A stretch of DNA of 52,074 bases, from the NCBI GenBank assembly GCA_001004885.1, contig LCRX01000005.1, forward strand, positions 1 through 52,074, read 5' to 3'. Below the pieces are notes generated by a model. It was given only the letters and a program-made list of their open reading frames with translations, was not told where the DNA came from and did no database searches. The stretch is from Candidatus Magasanikbacteria bacterium GW2011_GWA2_56_11. GTDB taxonomy: Bacteria > Patescibacteriota > Patescibacteriia > Magasanikbacterales > UBA922. A program made the translations under genes and the position numbers. Below are positions 18,353-27,689 of the stretch, in pieces. Every line of letters starts with the position of its first letter. The stretch's first letter is position 1.

Positions 18353-19711
18353 ATGCGCCGACTTCTTTTTATTTTAGGTTTTCTATCGATCATAGCGGCG
18401 CCGGGAGCTGCCCGGGCGCAAATAGACCAGCGCTGCTGGATAAAAACAGACTGTTTAGAGTACCGCCAGCAACAGTACGAACTGTCTCCCGAGCAGGCGG
18501 CGGCCGGGTTCGTCAAGAACAGCGAGACATCCAAGGCCTGCCAGAGCGCTCCGGACGCCAAGGGCAAAGTCGACGAACTTGGGTTCTGCCTGCCCGCCGG
18601 CAGCGCCGAGACCAAAGTCTCGTTTGGCGGCCAGACCAAATTTACCCACATTGGCGAGTTTATTCAGTTTATCTACCAATACGGCATCTGGGTCGCCGGC
18701 GCGTTCGCGGTTGTCTTTATTATTGTCTCCGGTTTTCAGTGGGCCCTATCTGGCGGCAGCTCCGAGATGATCGGCAGCGCCCAAAAACGCATCGGCGGAG
18801 CCATTACCGGACTTATCCTGCTGGCGCTATCGTACACTATATTGCACACGATTAACCCTTACCTGGTGAATTTACGGCTGCCGCAAATTTGGCTGCTTAA
18901 CCCGGTTTATTTGCCGGTTGAATTCTGCAACCAACGCCCCAGCGACCTGTTTAGCTACATCGGCAACCAAACAGTTAATACTGAGCTGAAAAAAGGCACC
19001 CAGCCGACCTACGACATAAAATTCTCGACCAACGAAAGCCTGCTCAAATCCAAATTTGCCTGCGGCGACCAACTCTACTACAAAACCGGCGGCGGCGCGG
19101 TTTGCCGGGGACATTTCTGCCCGCCGAGCGGCAAGCTCCCCCAGATGTGCTTCCGCGACCTTTTCAGCAAAAAATACGAATGCAAGCCCGGACAGATCGC
19201 CGGCAAAATCACCAACAGCCAATGGGACATACCGGGCTGGAAAAATTGGGAAAGCGGATCGGACGTAGTAGACGATTTTGAGGTCTATATCGTCTGCGCC
19301 AGCGGCAAAACCATCGAGATTAAGGATCACCAAGAAAAAATTCAAGTTTCACCCGGCAACGAAACCGGACAATACTTAGTTGGCCTCGACAACCAAAAAA
19401 CCTTTGACGCCGGCGCCGGCTGCGGCGGCAAAGGACCGGACGGAGGACCCTCGGTTATCGGGCTGGTCTTGTTCCCGGATTTTGACGAAAACCTCGACCC
19501 GTTTGACGAGGCGCACTATATCGGGATCAATCCGACAAATCCCAACCAAGCGCTTGACCTCGGCGACAAGAACACCCCGTTTTTTAACCTAATATTGAAA
19601 AACGAAAATTTCAAAGGCCACCCGGCGCAAAAATTCCTGATTCCGTTCTCTGCCATGGACAAGGGGTACACTGTAAATATCGACGTCGGGGATATTAAAG
19701 ACATTGACTAA
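18353..19711 (+). CDS. VirB2/TrbC-like pilin-domain protein with Cys-rich extensions (CPR type)
   Basis: Signal peptide, then the helical hairpin IYQYGIWVAG...IIVSGFQWALSGG...AQKRI..AI.GL.LL..SY.IL.TINP; about a dozen Cys. Confidence 0.8.
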   Translation: MRRLLFILGFLSIIAAPGAARAQIDQRCWIKTDCLEYRQQQYELSPEQAAAGFVKNSETSKACQSAPDAKGKVDELGFCLPAGSAETKVSFGGQTKFTHIGEFIQFIYQYGIWVAGAFAVVFIIVSGFQWALSGGSSEMIGSAQKRIGGAITGLILLALSYTILHTINPYLVNLRLPQIWLLNPVYLPVEFCNQRPSDLFSYIGNQTVNTELKKGTQPTYDIKFSTNESLLKSKFACGDQLYYKTGGGAVCRGHFCPPSGKLPQMCFRDLFSKKYECKPGQIAGKITNSQWDIPGWKNWESGSDVVDDFEVYIVCASGKTIEIKDHQEKIQVSPGNETGQYLVGLDNQKTFDAGAGCGGKGPDGGPSVIGLVLFPDFDENLDPFDEAHYIGINPTNPNQALDLGDKNTPFFNLILKNENFKGHPAQKFLIPFSAMDKGYTVNIDVGDIKDID

Positions 19712-19872
19712 AACCTACTCCCAAAAATAACTTTGAGGCCTTTCCGAGAAAATTATGGGCCAAAAAAATGAAGATTAAGAAGGAATACTGACAGTATTCT
19801 CACGATATCTGAACTTTTTGTAGCCAAAAGAGACCGGGAATGGTGAGAGATTATTTTGGGGATGAATTCTAG
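19709..19872. repeat. Copy D of the palindromic MITE-like element
   Basis: Left end TAAAACCTACTCCCAAAAATAACT starts in the pilin stop codon; right end GATTATTTTGGGGATGAATTCTAG; central hairpin GAATACTG-a-CAGTATTC. Confidence 0.75.
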
Positions 19873-19891
19873 AACAGATAAATATTGACCT

Positions 19892-22717
19892 ATGCCAGAC
19901 ACGATTAAAATTAGCGGGGCGCGCGTGCACAATCTCAAAAATGTCTCGCTGTCGCTGCCCAAAAACAAATTAGTGGTCATTACCGGTCTGTCCGGATCAG
20001 GCAAGTCCTCGCTGGCGTTTGACACGATTTACGCCGAGGGGCAACGCCGCTACGCCGAGAGTCTCAATGCCTATGCCCGGCAGTTCATGGACATGCAGGA
20101 CAAGCCGGACGTGGACGAAATCCAGGGGCTCTCGCCGACCATCGCCATCCAACAGCGCAACTTTACCGGCAACCCCCGCTCAACAGTCGGCACGGCCACC
20201 GAGATTTATGATTATCTGCGCCTCTTGTACGCCCGCTTGGGCACGCAATACTGCCCGACCTGCAAAGAACCCGTCAAACCGCACACCAAAGGCGAAATCG
20301 CCGAGCTCATCCGCGGCGCCTTGCGCAAGGATGCCGAGCTGACTCTTTTGGCTCCGCTTATCCGCGCCGGCTCGGCGAGCCATAAACAGCTCAAATCGCA
20401 ACTGGAAAAATCCGGCATCGACCGCCTGCGCGTCAATGGCGTGCCGATAACGCTCAAAAACCTCGGCAAATTTCATTTTAACCCCGAACTGGCTTACGAT
20501 ATTGATTTGACGGTCGCGACAGCAGACGTCAAACTCAAACCCAAAATCGTGTCCCTGGTGGAAAAAACGCTTGACCTGGGGAACGGTTTCATCCGCGTCT
20601 CGGCGGCCGACGGCGCCGAGACGCTTTACTCGCTCTTGCCGGTCTGCGGCGGCTGCGGCCGCGAATTCGCGCCTATCGAACCGCGTTCCTTCAGCTTCAA
20701 CAGCCCTTACGGCGCCTGCTCGCGCTGCACCGGGCTCGGCCGCACGCTAGAAGTGGATCCGGAGCTAGTGATCCCCAATCCCCGCCTAACATTGGCCGAG
20801 GGCGCTATTCAGCCCTGGACCCGGCTGGTAGGCAACCAAAACGTCTACCAGGAACTGCTCGAACAAGTGGCGGAGCGCTACGGCTTCTCCATCGACACGC
20901 CGGCCGACGATTTGCCCAAAGCGGCCATGGACGTTATCTTCTACGGTACCGACGGCGAGGAATACCTGGTGGACGGCGTAAAAATGATCTTTGAGGGCGT
21001 TATTCCCAATCTAACCAAGCGGTACCTGGAAACCAAGTCCGATTATGTCAAAAAAGAGATCGAACAGTACATGCGCGAAAAGATCTGCTCCGTCTGCCAG
21101 GGCAAACGCCTCAAGGAAGAGAACCTGTTCATCAAAATCCACGGCTTAAGCATCGCCGAAATGGTCGAAATGAGCATTGAAGACTGCCACGCTTTTTTTG
21201 AAGAGCTGCACCGGCCGAAAACGAAACTGCGCTCCGAATGGTCCGAAACGGAGTTGGCGGTCGCGGTCCCGGTAACCAAAGAAATTCTGCGCCGCCTGGG
21301 CTACCTGATGCAAGTCGGCCTGCCTTACCTCAACTTGGACCGGTCGCTCAACACCGTCTCCGGAGGCGAATCGCAACGCATCCGCCTGTCCACTCAGCTG
21401 TCCGCCGGTTTGTCCGGGCTAATTTATATCCTCGACGAACCTTCAATCGGGCTGCACCCCAAAGACAATGACAAGCTGATTACCACTCTCAAGACGCTGC
21501 GCGACGCCGGCAATACGGTGGTCGTGGTGGAGCATGACAAGGCCATTATGGAGGCGGCCGACTATATCGTCGACGTCGGGCCAGGAGCGGGAGAATACGG
21601 CGGCGAGATCATCGCCGAAGGCACGCCGAACGCGATTAGAAAAAACAAAAATTCGCTCACCGGACGGTACCTGGGCGGCACCGACGAAATCCGGCCGCCA
21701 AGCAAACCGCGCCAGGGCAGCGGCAAGTCTATCGTCATCGAAGGCGCCAAGGCCAATAACCTAAAAAATATCGACGTCTCCATCCCGCTTGGCACCCTTG
21801 TCTGTTTTACCGGAGTATCCGGTTCGGGAAAATCAACCCTGGTAATCGACATCCTCAGCAAAGCGCTCGACGCCTACTTTTACCGCGCCCACGCCGTGCC
21901 CGGGGAACACGCCTCCATAAAAGGCCTCGACTACATCGACAAAGTCATCACGATAGATCAAGCGCCCATTGGGCGCACTCCCCGCAGCAACCCGGCTACC
22001 TACACCGGCCTGTTCACTCTCATCCGCGACCTCTTTGCCGAACTCCCGGAAGCCAAGATGCGCGGCATGAACGCGGGCATGTTCAGCTTCAACGTCAAAG
22101 ATGGTGGCCGCTGCGAAGCCTGCGGCGGCGAGGGCTACATTACCATTCCCATGCATTTTTTAAACGACGTTTTTATCGAATGCACCGAGTGCCGCGGCAC
22201 CCGCTACACCAAAGAGGTGCTGGAAATACACTACCAAGGGCGGCACATTGCCGACGTGCTCGATATGACCGTCGAGGAAGCGTACAAATTCTTTCAGCAT
22301 TCGCCAAACATCCGCGAAAAACTGCAAATCCTCAGAAACGTCGGCCTCGGATACGTCCACCTGCGCCAGCCCGCCACCACTCTTTCCGGCGGCGAGGCCC
22401 AGCGCATCAAGCTCGCCACTGAACTGGCGCGCCGCTCCACAGGCAAGACCCTGTATATTCTCGACGAACCGAGCACCGGTCTGCATTTCGAGGATATTAA
22501 AAAACTCCTCCACGTGCTTAATCAGCTCGTAGACAAGGGCAACACCGTCCTTATCATCGAACATAACCTGGACATCATCAAGGCCTGCGATTGGATTATC
22601 GACCTGGGCCCCGGCGGCGGCAAAAAAGGCGGCGAAGTGGTAGCCATAGGCTCCCCTAAAGACGTAACCAAAAATTCCCACAGCTGGACAGGCAAATATT
22701 TACGGGGAACGAGGTAA
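19892..22717 (+). CDS. uvrA: Excinuclease ABC subunit A
   Basis: [18 protein letters not shown], Zn fingers, [39 protein letters not shown]. Confidence 0.97.
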   Translation: MPDTIKISGARVHNLKNVSLSLPKNKLVVITGLSGSGKSSLAFDTIYAEGQRRYAESLNAYARQFMDMQDKPDVDEIQGLSPTIAIQQRNFTGNPRSTVGTATEIYDYLRLLYARLGTQYCPTCKEPVKPHTKGEIAELIRGALRKDAELTLLAPLIRAGSASHKQLKSQLEKSGIDRLRVNGVPITLKNLGKFHFNPELAYDIDLTVATADVKLKPKIVSLVEKTLDLGNGFIRVSAADGAETLYSLLPVCGGCGREFAPIEPRSFSFNSPYGACSRCTGLGRTLEVDPELVIPNPRLTLAEGAIQPWTRLVGNQNVYQELLEQVAERYGFSIDTPADDLPKAAMDVIFYGTDGEEYLVDGVKMIFEGVIPNLTKRYLETKSDYVKKEIEQYMREKICSVCQGKRLKEENLFIKIHGLSIAEMVEMSIEDCHAFFEELHRPKTKLRSEWSETELAVAVPVTKEILRRLGYLMQVGLPYLNLDRSLNTVSGGESQRIRLSTQLSAGLSGLIYILDEPSIGLHPKDNDKLITTLKTLRDAGNTVVVVEHDKAIMEAADYIVDVGPGAGEYGGEIIAEGTPNAIRKNKNSLTGRYLGGTDEIRPPSKPRQGSGKSIVIEGAKANNLKNIDVSIPLGTLVCFTGVSGSGKSTLVIDILSKALDAYFYRAHAVPGEHASIKGLDYIDKVITIDQAPIGRTPRSNPATYTGLFTLIRDLFAELPEAKMRGMNAGMFSFNVKDGGRCEACGGEGYITIPMHFLNDVFIECTECRGTRYTKEVLEIHYQGRHIADVLDMTVEEAYKFFQHSPNIREKLQILRNVGLGYVHLRQPATTLSGGEAQRIKLATELARRSTGKTLYILDEPSTGLHFEDIKKLLHVLNQLVDKGNTVLIIEHNLDIIKACDWIIDLGPGGGKKGGEVVAIGSPKDVTKNSHSWTGKYLRGTR

Positions 22718-22781
22718 GAAAAACAGCCGCGGCCGGAATTCGGAAGGATTATAGCCGGCCGAAGTAGACAAAGGCCAAAAC

Positions 22782-22808
22782 CAAAGCACCCCTTTTGGGG
22801 GTGCTTTG
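22782..22808. terminator. Bidirectional terminator between uvrA and rplS
   Basis: CAAAGCACCCC-loop-GGGGTGCTTTG between convergent genes. Confidence 0.75.
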
Positions 22809-22820
22809 ACGTAAACCGGG

Positions 22821-23141
22821 TTATTTGACTTCTTTCAAGCGCTTCTTGTGGCTGCGGATGTAATAAGGCCGCGACTGGCGCACGCGCATCTGGCGGACAA
22901 GTTCTATGCGCTCCACCACCGGGGAGTGGACGGGAAAGATTTTCTCCACGCCCACGCCTTCCGATACCTTGCGCACCGTTACCGTGGCGCCCGGCTCGTT
23001 GCCGTGCTTAACGGCCAAAATAATACCCTCAAAAATCTGCACACGTTCTTTTTCCTCGCCCTTGGCGTTAAGCTCCTTGATCTTCTGGTGCACGCGCACG
23101 ATCATGCCGGGCTTGAGGCCAGTACGGATGTCATCTGACAT
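22821..23141 (-). CDS. rplS: 50S ribosomal protein L19
   Basis: VRVHQKIKE...ERVQIFEG, TVRKVSEGVGVEKIFPVHSP, VRQSRPYYIR. Start placed at MSDDI. Confidence 0.95.
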   Translation of the reverse strand: MSDDIRTGLKPGMIVRVHQKIKELNAKGEEKERVQIFEGIILAVKHGNEPGATVTVRKVSEGVGVEKIFPVHSPVVERIELVRQMRVRQSRPYYIRSHKKRLKEVK

Positions 23142-23247
23142 AAAACATAGCTTAGCGAGAGGTTGACGGGGCAAAAGCCACTGGCGCCAACATCGTAAAG
23201 TAGAATAATAAGAGGTGGCGCCAGTGTACCTAAACCGGCGAACTTTG

Positions 23248-23823
23248 TCAAGACATAGCCAGTTCCTCCACGGCTTTTTGCACCGCGGACAGGGTTTCCT
23301 CCAGGCAGCCCTCCCGATTGAAGATTTGCCGGTCAAATTCCCGGGCCAGGGCTATTTCCCTTTCAGCGATCGCCAGCCGTTCATTTATCTCTTCCGGCAC
23401 GGCGTTGGGCCGTCTTTCCAGACGCTCCCGAAGAACCGCTAAGCTCTCGGGAAGCAAAAATATCGACAAATGAGGTACTCCAGCGGCCGCTATATTAGCC
23501 CGGCCGCGCACGTCAATCGGAGCCAAAACATACCGGTGGCCGGCCAAAAGCGCCTCCAGCCGAGAGCGCTCAATGCCGTAATAATGGCCGGCGTATTCCA
23601 CATGCTCGACCATTTCGCCAGCCTCGATTTTCTCGGCAAATTCCCGCCGGGACAAAAAATGGTAATCCACATCCGGGGATTCATTGGGCCGCGGCGTTCG
23701 GCTGGTCGTAGTCACCAGGCGAACCGCGTCCGGCAACCGGCCAACCAGCCGGTCGACGACCGTAGTCTTGCCCCCGCCTGAGGGCGCGGAGATTACCACC
23801 AATAAGCCAGAATCTAGAGGCAT
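23248..23823 (-). CDS. gmk: Guanylate kinase
   Basis: SAPSGGGKTT, TTSR.PRPNE..DVDYHF, YAGHYYG. Start placed at MPLDS. Confidence 0.92.
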   Translation of the reverse strand: MPLDSGLLVVISAPSGGGKTTVVDRLVGRLPDAVRLVTTTSRTPRPNESPDVDYHFLSRREFAEKIEAGEMVEHVEYAGHYYGIERSRLEALLAGHRYVLAPIDVRGRANIAAAGVPHLSIFLLPESLAVLRERLERRPNAVPEEINERLAIAEREIALAREFDRQIFNREGCLEETLSAVQKAVEELAMS

Positions 23824-23890
23824 ATTAGACAATGTGAGACATAGATACCAAGACTGCCACCAAAAAGCAAACTTACGCTGCCCATCCCTG

Positions 23891-23979
23891 GGTTCCCGGC
23901 CGGGTGTCATATTAAGGCATGACACGACGAGACGCAGTGAGTCCAAGGAATGCCTTTATATGACACCCGGCCGGGAACC
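23891..23979. repeat. Long inverted repeat (30-bp arms, 29/30 complementary, 29-nt loop)
   Basis: GGTTCCCGGCCGGGTGTCATATTAAGGCAT (23891-23920) versus ATGCCTTTATATGACACCCGGCCGGGAACC (23950-23979). Confidence 0.85.
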
Positions 23980-24060
23980 AAATTACGAAGGGATGACAAT
24001 AGAAAATAACTAGAAAAGATAAGAAAATCCAGGTAACAATCCCGATAAGTCCGCCAAGGG

Positions 24061-25059
24061 CTAAGCAGGAAGACCCGTCAAAAAATCCTGCAATTCCGCC
24101 GGCAACCGGCTTTCATAGGCCGCTCGCTCCCCGGACAGATCGGCGAATGCTAGACTATGCGCATGCAAAAAAATCCGTCCCAGTTCCTTATCTTTGTCGC
24201 GCCGCAATTTTTTATTAAAATACAGCGGGTCTCCGACCAACGGATGATTGTAAGCGAAAAAATGCACCCGAATCTGGTGCGTCCGCCCAGAGTGGATACG
24301 CACCTCCAAAAAAGTAAAGTTCACGAAGCGTTTAAGAACGGTAAACTCCGTCAAGGCCGCCTTGCCTGGTTGCAAAGACGCCACGTTTTTGAGCGTCACG
24401 CTCTCAATCCGCGGCCGCGCCACCATCCGGCCGTCCGGTCCGCGGTCAAGCGGAAAATCAATTGTGCCGGTATCAGCCTCGATGGCCCCGTGGGCCAGCG
24501 CATAATAATGCTTTTCCACCGTGCGTTCTTTGAATTGGCGTTTAAGAGCCGAGAACATGCCCTGACGTCTGGCAATTACCATCAGACCAGAGGCGTCTTT
24601 GTCCAGACGGTGCGGCATTCCCGGACGGTTAGCGTACTCCCCGACTCCCCAGGTTTCCGGGTAGCGAGACAGAACCCAGCCAGAAAGGGTTGCCGACGTC
24701 TCAATCGCCAGGCGGTCGGCAACATTCTCGGGCGGGTGGGCAGCCAAGCCCGACGGTTTGTCCACCACGACATAATCTGCCGTTTCAAAAACTACCCGGA
24801 CTAAATCGCGCCGATCCGCCTCTGGCGGTTTGTCCGCTGTGGCGGCGCCTGGTGATCGGACGGCGGAATAGTCAACGGCCACAGTATCGCGCGGCACTAC
24901 CTGGTCGCCGGCTTTGCGCGGCAGTTTGCCGTTGAGTGTTACGGCTCCGTTATCTATCAACCGCTCGGCTTGCGAGCGGCTGATACCCAGTGCCCCGGCC
25001 AGCCAGCGGTCAAGCCGCTCGGCGGCGACTGAGTCAGGGACGGTAAATGTTTCCGGCAT
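24061..25059 (-). CDS. RluA/RluD-family pseudouridine synthase with S4 domain
   Basis: RLDRWL S4 domain, VDKPSG, HRLDKDASG, GRTHQIRVH, GDPLY, LHAHSL. Confidence 0.93.
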   Translation of the reverse strand: MPETFTVPDSVAAERLDRWLAGALGISRSQAERLIDNGAVTLNGKLPRKAGDQVVPRDTVAVDYSAVRSPGAATADKPPEADRRDLVRVVFETADYVVVDKPSGLAAHPPENVADRLAIETSATLSGWVLSRYPETWGVGEYANRPGMPHRLDKDASGLMVIARRQGMFSALKRQFKERTVEKHYYALAHGAIEADTGTIDFPLDRGPDGRMVARPRIESVTLKNVASLQPGKAALTEFTVLKRFVNFTFLEVRIHSGRTHQIRVHFFAYNHPLVGDPLYFNKKLRRDKDKELGRIFLHAHSLAFADLSGERAAYESRLPAELQDFLTGLPA

Positions 25060-25117
25060 AGTGAAGAGCCAAAAGTCGGCGGCGCCGAACATAGCAGGGA
25101 GAGTATAGAGTCTTCGC

Positions 25118-25146
25118 CTTGAAAAATCAAGCCGGGCATGGTAGAC
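25118..25146 (+). promoter_or_regulatory. Sigma70-type promoter upstream of tRNA-Ile
   Basis: TTGAAA-17 bp-TAGACT. Confidence 0.55.
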
Positions 25147-25258
25147 TTCTGTGCACGCCGAGGCTGTACTCTCCCCTGTCCAGTCCAGGGTATGCCGAAG
25201 ACGGTCGGAAGAACCATACCGGGTATTGGCAAGAGTTTACGGACAAGCCGGCAGAGAG

Positions 25259-25332
25259 GGGCATATAGCTCAGCTGGTTAGAGCACGTCGCTTATAACGA
25301 CGGGGTCGATGGTTCAAATCCATCTATGCCCA
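25259..25332 (+). tRNA. tRNA-Ile(UAU), no encoded CCA
   Basis: GGGCATA/TATGCCC acceptor stem, discriminator A, anticodon arm CGTCG-CTTATAA-CGACG with TAT at 25293-25295, GGTTCAAATCC T-arm. Confidence 0.9.
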
Positions 25333-25405
25333 CAACCAACTAGACTACTACTAAGGACCCATGGTACAGTCGTAGGTAAGACACCGGATAAACGTCATAT
25401 ATTGT

Positions 25406-26143
25406 ATGACTGACCAAGAAAAAACCGACCGACTGATAGAAACCGCCCGAGAGCGCATGCGGTCTTCTCGAGATCCGGTCCATGATATCAGACACGCTGA
25501 GCGAGTGGCTGATTTTGCGGAAAAAATCGGCCGCGAACTTAACCTCGACCGCAAACGCCTGCAGGCACTGATCCTGGCGGCCTGGTGGCACGACGTGGGG
25601 CGGACTGTTACGCGCAAGCCTTCGCTCATCTTTATGGTTTTCCTTGACGACCTCATATCCGCCCTTATGCTCTGGCGCGAAACTATCCGCATTGGCCTGT
25701 TCGGCAGCGTCACCGGCATGGCCACCCGGCTTATCTTTTGCCACAGCGTCGGTACGGGAACATTTTTAACCCGGCTGCTCCTGAGGCCGAAGACCAGGCT
25801 CCTCCTGGATGCCCTGATGGACGCCGACAAACTGGACATGCTCTCGACCGAGAGGCTAGATAAACTGCTCGGCCTCGCGAGCCGATCCACTATTTACCAT
25901 TTTGGGTACCGCATACTCTCCTGGTACAACTTTAGCACCGTCTATTTTGACGTCAAAACCGCCGCCGCTCGCCGGCATCTCGAAAAAATATTGGTAGAAT
26001 TCGTAACCTGGCTCTATAGTCCGGAAATAAAAGCCTGGCATATTGAACAGTTTGGCATTGTCTGGTCGCGTCGAATGCACGGACGGGTGCTTAGCGTAAT
26101 ACAGCGATTCCATATTAGAATGACGTTCGACCCTACTATCTAA
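25406..26143 (+). CDS. HD-domain metal-dependent phosphohydrolase
   Basis: VHDIRHAERV, AAWWHDVGR, DADKLD. Confidence 0.85.
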   Translation: MTDQEKTDRLIETARERMRSSRDPVHDIRHAERVADFAEKIGRELNLDRKRLQALILAAWWHDVGRTVTRKPSLIFMVFLDDLISALMLWRETIRIGLFGSVTGMATRLIFCHSVGTGTFLTRLLLRPKTRLLLDALMDADKLDMLSTERLDKLLGLASRSTIYHFGYRILSWYNFSTVYFDVKTAAARRHLEKILVEFVTWLYSPEIKAWHIEQFGIVWSRRMHGRVLSVIQRFHIRMTFDPTI

Positions 26144-26162
26144 AAACAGCCAAGACCCCAAA

Positions 26163-26234
26163 GCCCTTGTCGTTTAATGGATAAGACGCTAGCCTCCGAA
26201 GCTGGAAACCCAGGTTCGACTCCTGGCGAGGGCA
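26163..26234 (+). tRNA. tRNA-Arg(CCG), no encoded CCA
   Basis: GCCCTTG/CGAGGGC acceptor stem, anticodon loop CTCCGAA, GGTTCGACTCC T-arm. Confidence 0.92.
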
Positions 26235-26236
26235 CT

Positions 26237-26267
26237 ACCCCGCACCGCATGGTGCGGGGTTTTATTT
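26237..26267 (+). terminator. Intrinsic terminator after tRNA-Arg
   Basis: ACCCCGCACC-gcat-GGTGCGGGGT followed by a T tract. Confidence 0.85.
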
Positions 26268-26290
26268 AAAATGTACAAATCAGCCCACCC

Positions 26291-26319
26291 TTGACTTTAT
26301 ACGCTCTCTCGAGTATAGT
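26291..26319 (+). promoter_or_regulatory. Sigma70-type promoter for the lipoprotein-like gene
   Basis: TTGACT-17 bp-TATAGT. Confidence 0.65.
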
Positions 26320-26530
26320 CATAAACTGATTCAGCTAATATTTGGCTAAATCATTGTCCTTTACATTCCTGGCCGGTGGCCGCTAACCGCTGGATCCAGA
26401 ACTTATCTCCTCGCCCTTAGGGAATAAATCGAGGGAGTCAAAACCGTTTTCTGCCGTTATATTCGTCACCCAAGGCGGTGAATATAACGGCCGAAGACGG
26501 CCGCAAACCAACAAGGAAAGGAACGAGCGT

Positions 26531-27358
26531 GTGAAGCGAAGCATCATTGTTCTTTTGTTTCTTGCCGGCTGCGGTGCCGGCGTCTACACGGCAAAGAGCG
26601 CGGCGGAAGTGATCAGGGAGCTCCCGGACATCAGCCCGGTCTTCCGCCCCCAGACGGTCGCGGATGCGTTCACCCGGTTGATCGACTTCGTCGGGCTCGA
26701 CCTGCCGGAGTCGCACTGGACTGCGGAGGTCCGCTTCCACGAGCTGAACTACGTCGCCCGAGATGAAGCCTTCGCGCTCCTCCTCGGAGTGGAACTCGGA
26801 GGAACAGAGATCATCTACTGCGAACGCATGGGCGACGAGGGGTGCACCGCCAAAGACGTGGACCTTCACTGGCGGCGCCAAGGCGTCCTCGAAGCCTTGC
26901 GCACCTACCTGAAGGACCCGGCGGTCCTCAAGGCCGCCTACGAGATGTTTCGCCAGCCGGCACTCGATCTGATCGGTGCGACCAAGCTCGTGCCAAGGCT
27001 CAAGAAGCACTTGGCAGCGGAGGTGGCCCCCTGCTTCCGGCCAATACCAGCCGAGATGGCCGCAGCCGAACGGCTCCGCCTCGAGCACGAGACGGCCTAC
27101 TGGGAATCCAATAAGCTCTTCCGGCAGTGTACCGTACGGTTCGGCTACGATGCGCCGGAGTGCGCCGCGGCCAGCCAAACCCGCACCAAAAAAGGAGAGG
27201 CTCTGGATGTGGCCGAGAACGCCACCCGGGTCATGGTCGACCAGGCCGGCCTTGACCTGTACGCCTTCCAGTGGCGAGGCCGACGGCACGCCGAGGGCGG
27301 CGACGCCCTGGTCCGGGCCTGGGGCGAGATCATCGCGGACTTCGCCGACCGGCTCTGA
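26531..27358 (+). CDS. Hypothetical lipoprotein-like protein
   Basis: GTG start after an AAGGA SD; MKR, hydrophobic stretch, then LAGC lipobox; GC-rich third codon positions. Confidence 0.75.
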   Translation: MKRSIIVLLFLAGCGAGVYTAKSAAEVIRELPDISPVFRPQTVADAFTRLIDFVGLDLPESHWTAEVRFHELNYVARDEAFALLLGVELGGTEIIYCERMGDEGCTAKDVDLHWRRQGVLEALRTYLKDPAVLKAAYEMFRQPALDLIGATKLVPRLKKHLAAEVAPCFRPIPAEMAAAERLRLEHETAYWESNKLFRQCTVRFGYDAPECAAASQTRTKKGEALDVAENATRVMVDQAGLDLYAFQWRGRRHAEGGDALVRAWGEIIADFADRL

Positions 27359-27660
27359 CCCGTCGTAAGGATCCCGTCGTCGCCCGCGGACGACTCCGTG
27401 CTCTCCCGACACGTAATCATCGGGAACATCACAAAGCAGCTTTCGCGCCAGGCTGTTTTTTGTTTTATCGCACCAGTACGCCGCAAGTAAACACCCGGTA
27501 TAGCAATGTACGCCGGCACGAGACAATTATTTTTGTGGCCCAATAAAAATTTTTGGCCAGCGGCATTGGATGCGTTTAACAATGCCGGATTAAAAATAAA
27601 AAAATATTTGTCGCGCAGTGACACAACTAAAAGTTATTCACACCCTCGATTGACAAACCA

Positions 27661-27689
27661 TTCACAAAAAAAAGAAAACACTCTATACT
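27661..27689 (+). promoter_or_regulatory. Sigma70-type promoter upstream of the histone-like gene
   Basis: TTCACA-17 bp-TATACT in AT-rich DNA. Confidence 0.55.

Noticed and set aside
21352-21375. UvrA first ABC signature VSGGE instead of LSGGE
   Set aside because: Conservative single change with all other motifs intact.
25150-25258. SRP (4.5S) RNA
   Set aside because: Has a GGAA loop but lacks the conserved CAGG/AGCAG internal loop; kept only as an unknown leader.
26163-27530. Integrated element at tRNA-Arg
   Set aside because: No integrase, and only a 7-bp match (CGACTCC near 27391) to the tRNA 3' end.
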